NCBI GenBank assembly: GCA_963771275.1
Contig: CAVYSW010000003.1
Coordinates: 1,184,001-1,248,000 of the forward strand
Reading direction: 5' to 3'
DNA from: an uncultured Gemmatimonadales bacterium
GTDB lineage: Bacteria > Gemmatimonadota > Gemmatimonadetes > Gemmatimonadales > GWC2-71-9
DNA: 64,000 bases
Of the stretch, positions 59,698 through 64,000 are shown piece by piece (position 1 is the first letter of the stretch; every line of letters begins with the position of its first letter). The translations under genes were made by a program, and so were the position numbers. The notes under the pieces are model-generated. The model did no database searches. It was not told the DNA's origin and was given only the letters and a program-made list of their open reading frames with translations.

Positions 59698-62665
59698 CGC
59701 GATGGTGGTGAGCGCGCCGGCTCACCGCAGCAAGCGCGGCGCGCGGGGAGCCCGGTGACGGCAGGGGGAGTCCGGCGGTGACGCGGGCGTTGTAGCGGCG
59801 GTATCCGCCGCGCGCCTCGTCGGCGCCGGCACGGAGCAGGACGCGCGCCCACGTGGTGTTGAGCATGCCGGCGACCGCGAGAACGGTCTGGCGGTCGGCG
59901 ACGGCGACATAGCAGGAGTTGAGCGGAATCGCGTCGGACGCCACTTCATCGAGCGCAACCCCCGTGGGGGCACGGGCGATGTCCGGCCAGACGACGCGCC
60001 AGCGTCCGAGCGACGGGTGCACGCGGAACAAGGTCCAGTACGGATTGGCGCGCCAGTCGGCGCGCGCCTCGAGCCGGGCTCGCCAGGCTCGGGCGTATCG
60101 GGCGGCGAGTGGCGGGAGCTCGCGCCGCAGCGTGCCGTCCGGCGCGTAGGGCCAGAAAACCACGCGAGACGGGCGGGCGGCAAATGGGGTGACGTCCCGC
60201 CCTCGGAGCGCGGGCCGCAGCATGTCTCGCTCGAGCTCGGCCTCGGCGTCGCGGAACCGCACGACGATCGTGGCGCCCCGCTCCTCCTGGGGGGTTCCGA
60301 GGAGCAGGTCGTCGGCTCCTGTCTTCACACCGAGGGCCGGCGCCGCGCAGGAGGCGAGGGTCGGGCCCGCCCGGCGCAGTCGATCGAGCGCGTCGCGCGC
60401 CGCGCGCGGCAGGAGGATCCAGGGACCCGGGCTCGCGAGCGCGTCCTGCGGCACGGTGCGGGTCCGCGCGAAGTCGAGCGCGACCAGAGTCCGGGGTGCG
60501 GGCTCGGCCTTGCGCGCCACGAGGGCGAGCGGGTACACCGCCGCACCGAACCCGGCCGCGTCGCGATCGGGGACCCGGTGGACGTAGGCGAGCGACGTTT
60601 CCCGAACCAGCGCCGCCCGGGCATGCTCGGCGTATCCGGCGGAAGCGATCTTCGAGGGCAGCAGCAGACCTACGGCACCTCCCGGTGCGGCGAGCTCGAC
60701 GGCGCGCTCGAGGAACGCGACGGCGAGATCAGGGAGGTGCTTGAACCCGGCATCGCTGCCCGCCCGCCACCAGCTGAACCGGCCGCGCAGCGTGGCGCGC
60801 ATGCTGTCCGGGAGCCGCTCGGCGCGCACCCACGGCGGGTTGCCGACGATCGCGTCAAACCCGCCCGCCGCCATCACGTCGGGGCAGTGGACCTCGAACG
60901 CGAAGAACGGCACGCTCCCATCGGCGATGCGGCGCGCGGTAACGGCGAGCGCAGCGCGCTCGCGGCGCAGCGCGTCGTGCCGGCGGCGCTGCGAGTGCTG
61001 GAGTCCCACCCGGCGGCCGAACAGATCGCGACTGCGCGCGGCGGTGAGCAGCTCACGAAGGGCGGCACGAACGCGCTGGCTGGCGGCCTCCACGAGGGCC
61101 GCGGCCGCTCGGAGCTCGAGGGAGTGCAGGGCGGTGGTGGCGGGTGCGCGGGCCGGCCCCCGGGCTTCGTACAGTGCGGCCCGCGCGGCCCGTGCCGCGC
61201 GGAGCGCGGCCGGCCGGATCGGCCCCAGCCCGAGCGCTCGCGTCGCACTCAGGGGATCGAGCAACGAGTCTCCCTGGCGGACGATGGCATGGAGGTTGGG
61301 GAGCGGCGTCACACGGTGCAGATCGTCGGTCGGGTCGTCGGCGATGACGGCGAGCCAGAGGCGCAGCTCGGCGAGGTGGACGGCAATGGGACTCAGGTCC
61401 ACGCCGAACAGGTTCACGCGAATGATCTGGCGGCGCACGCAACACCGTGAGTGCCCCGCGGTCTGGTCGGCCAGGGCCAGATGCGCCCGCGTCAGCGTCT
61501 CGAGCGCGCCGAGCAGAAACGCTCCCGACCCCACGGCGGGATCGAGGATGCGGAGCCGCGCCAAGGTGCGGGCCGCGGCGGCCCGGTCGATCGCCGGGGG
61601 CGGCGAGCCGGCGAGCAGCGCGAGCGCGTCGTCGTGGGACAGCCCTGCACGGCCGGTGAGCGCGGTGGCCAGCGCCGCGGCGACGAGTCGCCGCACGAGC
61701 GGCTCCGGCGTGTAGAACGTGCCGGTCGCCTGGCGCTCGCTCGCGTCCATCACGCGCTCGAACGCGCGCCCCAGCATGTCCGGCGCGACCGCGTTCGCTT
61801 CGCCGCTTTCGCGCACGCAGAAGCGAAAGCGTTGAAACAGCCCGTCGAACGCGTCGCGCCACAGTGGATTGGCGAAGGTGACCGGCCCGAGCCGCCGCTC
61901 CACGGGGTGCGGCTCGAACAGGCCGCCGTTGAGGTAGGGAACCGCGCCGAACCGCGTCCCGTGGGTGCGCTCGCCGGTCGGCCGGTTGAGGGTCCCGAAG
62001 AAGAGCGGGTGGAGCACGGAACGGTGGAACGGCTGGCGACGGGCCAGCGCGTCGTCCAGCAGGGCCGGCAGGAAGTCGTGCCGACCGTCGAGCCAGCCCC
62101 GGGCCTGCACGAAGTACAGGAACAGGACGCGGGTGAGGGTGAGCAATGCGGCGAGCTTGCGGTCGGCGGGGGCGCCGCGCGAGCCGAGTGACGCCGCCAT
62201 GCGCTCGAGGATGGCGCGAAACGCCGTGAAGAAGCGCGCTCCGACGTGTTCGGTCGCGAGCACGTCGGCCACATGCAACGCGTGCTCGAGCGCGGTGGCA
62301 CCGGGACGCGGCGCGAGGGCCGCGAGGAGCTCGAGGGCAAACGGATCGGGCTGGGTGGTGGAGACCGCGAGCACCGGCGTGCATCCGGGTGCGCCGACGC
62401 GGGGCGCGGCGATGGCGACCCACCCGCCGCCGACGGCCGCGACCAGGCCCGGCTGCGCCACCCCGGCGAGCCGGATGGCTGCGGCCCGGGCGCCGTCGCG
62501 GGGCGCATCGGCGGCCACCCCGACCACGCGGAATCCCTTCCATCGGGCGACGGCGACGCCACCCGATTCGGGGGGCGTCCCGTGGTCCCCGAGGTAGCCG
62601 AGCTGCGCGAACAGCCGCGGCAAATCCGCGACGTCCTGGGTGGATCGCACGATGTCTGCGAGCAT
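59597..62665 (-). CDS. Eco57I/type IIG-like N6-adenine DNA methyltransferase with C-terminal TRD-like region
   Basis: PYLNGGLF, GTFYTP, DPAVGSGAF (motif I), GVDL, GDSL, FDAIVGNPPW (motif IV). Confidence 0.9.
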   Translation of the reverse strand: MLADIVRSTQDVADLPRLFAQLGYLGDHGTPPESGGVAVARWKGFRVVGVAADAPRDGARAAAIRLAGVAQPGLVAAVGGGWVAIAAPRVGAPGCTPVLAVSTTQPDPFALELLAALAPRPGATALEHALHVADVLATEHVGARFFTAFRAILERMAASLGSRGAPADRKLAALLTLTRVLFLYFVQARGWLDGRHDFLPALLDDALARRQPFHRSVLHPLFFGTLNRPTGERTHGTRFGAVPYLNGGLFEPHPVERRLGPVTFANPLWRDAFDGLFQRFRFCVRESGEANAVAPDMLGRAFERVMDASERQATGTFYTPEPLVRRLVAAALATALTGRAGLSHDDALALLAGSPPPAIDRAAAARTLARLRILDPAVGSGAFLLGALETLTRAHLALADQTAGHSRCCVRRQIIRVNLFGVDLSPIAVHLAELRLWLAVIADDPTDDLHRVTPLPNLHAIVRQGDSLLDPLSATRALGLGPIRPAALRAARAARAALYEARGPARAPATTALHSLELRAAAALVEAASQRVRAALRELLTAARSRDLFGRRVGLQHSQRRRHDALRRERAALAVTARRIADGSVPFFAFEVHCPDVMAAGGFDAIVGNPPWVRAERLPDSMRATLRGRFSWWRAGSDAGFKHLPDLAVAFLERAVELAAPGGAVGLLLPSKIASAGYAEHARAALVRETSLAYVHRVPDRDAAGFGAAVYPLALVARKAEPAPRTLVALDFARTRTVPQDALASPGPWILLPRAARDALDRLRRAGPTLASCAAPALGVKTGADDLLLGTPQEERGATIVVRFRDAEAELERDMLRPALRGRDVTPFAARPSRVVFWPYAPDGTLRRELPPLAARYARAWRARLEARADWRANPYWTLFRVHPSLGRWRVVWPDIARAPTGVALDEVASDAIPLNSCYVAVADRQTVLAVAGMLNTTWARVLLRAGADEARGGYRRYNARVTAGLPLPSPGSPRAALAAVSRRAHHHRDVPQHDLDGAAADALDLPSTVRATLRSLADDLG

Positions 62666-62724
62666 CGGCGACCATGGTCGCCGATCAAGGGCGCCGGAGT
62701 GTCGTCAGAACGTCGCGGGGACGG

Positions 62725-63255
62725 TCAATCCGTTGCGGAGAGGCTCCGCCGCGCCTCCGCGAGGCCGATCTCGCGGGTGATGGCGGGGGGCCAGTCGCCG
62801 GCCGCGAGCCGCGCGTCGAGAGTCGCCCGCTCGCCGGCGATCTGCTCGCGCATGGCTTCGTCGAGCAGGCCCGCGCGCAGAGCCGCGTCGAGCTCGTCCT
62901 CGTCGAGCCAGCTGGCGGGCCCGGTCACCGGCAGCCAGTGGTCGAGGAAGAGATCGGTGCAGTACCAGTCGTCGCCTGCGAAACGGATGGGCGCGCGCAG
63001 GTTCGAGTACCAACCGGTGAACGTGCCGTCGGCGAGATGGAACCGTCCGACGTCCCACCCCAGCGCCGGAAACACGAACCACACGATCGGCGCGCCGGCC
63101 GAGAGAATCAGCCGCTCGCCGGCGTAGCTGTTGCCACCGGGGTAATCGGCCAGCAGCGTGACCTTCACGTCGGGCCGGTCGAGCACGAGCCGCTCGTGGA
63201 ACACGGTCGTGCCCCGATCGGGGCGATGGTAGTGAATCCGGACCTGTTTCGACAC
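62725..63255 (-). CDS. DUF402 family protein
   Basis: GWYSN, DLFLD, WLDEDEL motifs. Confidence 0.82.
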   Translation of the reverse strand: MSKQVRIHYHRPDRGTTVFHERLVLDRPDVKVTLLADYPGGNSYAGERLILSAGAPIVWFVFPALGWDVGRFHLADGTFTGWYSNLRAPIRFAGDDWYCTDLFLDHWLPVTGPASWLDEDELDAALRAGLLDEAMREQIAGERATLDARLAAGDWPPAITREIGLAEARRSLSATD

Positions 63256-63282
63256 GGTGACCCCGAAGATATATTCGCGCCC

Positions 63283-64000
63283 ATGCGACCTGCCATCGTG
63301 TTTCCCGCGCTCCTCGCCGCCGAGCTCGCCGGCTGCCGGCACGCGCCGCCGTACCTGTCCCGCGAGGTCGACGCGCGCATTGCCGCGAGCGGTGCCGAGG
63401 CGGTCGGCGTCTACTACCAGAACCTCACGCGGCCGGACTCGCTGCTCCACAGCGCCGATCTCCGGATGCACGCTGCGAGCACCATGAAGGTGCCGGTGAT
63501 GATTCAGGTGTTCCGCGACGTCGAGGCGGGGCGGTTCGGCCTCGACGACAGCGTGGCGGTCGTGAACGCGTTCCACTCCCTCGTGGACGGCTCGGTCTAT
63601 TCGCTCAACGTGGCCGACGACAGCGACAGCACGCTGTACACGCGGGTGGGCGGCCCGGCTTCGATCCGCGAGCTGGTGGAGCTGATGATCACCTCCTCGA
63701 GCAACTTCGCCACCAACCTCCTGATGGAGATGGTGAAGGCGGACCGCGTGACCGCCACCATGCGCGGGCTGGGGGCCGACTCGATCAACGTGCTGCGGGG
63801 AGTCGAGGATCAGAAGGCGTACGACGCGGGGTTGAGCAACACCACGACCGCGCGCGACCTCGGGATCATCCTCGCGGCCATCGCCGAGGACCGGGCCGCG
63901 AGCCCGGCCTCATGCCGGGAGATGGAGGCCATCCTGGGCCGGCAGCATTTCAACGAAGCCATCCCTGCGGGGTTGCCACCGGGCACGCGGGTGGCGCACA
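63283..64000 (+). CDS. Class A beta-lactamase-like serine hydrolase lipoprotein (truncated by window edge)
   Basis: Manual translation: LAGC lipobox, AASTMK (SxxK), MITSSSN (SxN), NTTTARD, ends at RVAH just before the expected KTG. Confidence 0.85.
   Translation, partial: MRPAIVFPALLAAELAGCRHAPPYLSREVDARIAASGAEAVGVYYQNLTRPDSLLHSADLRMHAASTMKVPVMIQVFRDVEAGRFGLDDSVAVVNAFHSLVDGSVYSLNVADDSDSTLYTRVGGPASIRELVELMITSSSNFATNLLMEMVKADRVTATMRGLGADSINVLRGVEDQKAYDAGLSNTTTARDLGIILAAIAEDRAASPASCREMEAILGRQHFNEAIPAGLPPGTRVAH

Noticed and set aside
57409..62665. Calling the MTase-helicase pair a full DISARM or BREX system
   Set aside because: No drmA/B/C, pglZ or brxC in the flanks
63264..63277. CGAAGATATATTCG, resembling the Gram-positive LexA box and half of the 19-bp motif
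   Set aside because: Lacks the direct-repeat arrangement; explained by overlapping -10 elements of divergent non-repair genes; weak candidate only
63283..64000. Bona fide antibiotic-resistance beta-lactamase
   Set aside because: SxxK and SxN are present, but the gene is truncated and resembles the broad class-A-like serine hydrolase family; activity cannot be inferred

Overview
High-GC bacterial chromosomal window, mostly housekeeping genes. Gene content suggests Gemmatimonadota, but that is inference. Left and central part: glpD, fadI-fadJ, proline dehydrogenase, rsgA, S41 protease, fused 2-oxoacid dehydrogenase E1, Ser/Thr kinase, lon, an aconitase-family enzyme, MEMO1-like protein, M14 peptidase, MCP, pfkA, a DEAH helicase, ispH, fabH and a frameshifted class I fumarase. 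The right third (44-63 kb) is a DNA-damage/defence-flavoured neighbourhood: an imuA-less imuB-small gene-dnaE2 mutasome cassette, DUF72, sdpR-sdpI, an SPL-like radical SAM gene with an unannotated Zn-ribbon microprotein, and an Eco57I-like N6-MTase plus SNF2 helicase pair with no visible nuclease. Highlights not shown by the ORF track: (1) a SelW/Rdx selenoprotein (CxxU, in-frame TGA, SECIS hairpin) abutting pfkA; (2) a 19-bp box (18/19 identical) upstream of both DNA-repair operons, a candidate lineage-specific SOS operator; (3) short-tandem-repeat hairpin elements sitting in-frame in all three mutasome genes; (4) a helicase with motif Ia placed before Walker A; (5) several apparently leaderless genes. 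No rRNA, tRNA, CRISPR array or transposase was seen. Family names come from motif recognition, not database searches.
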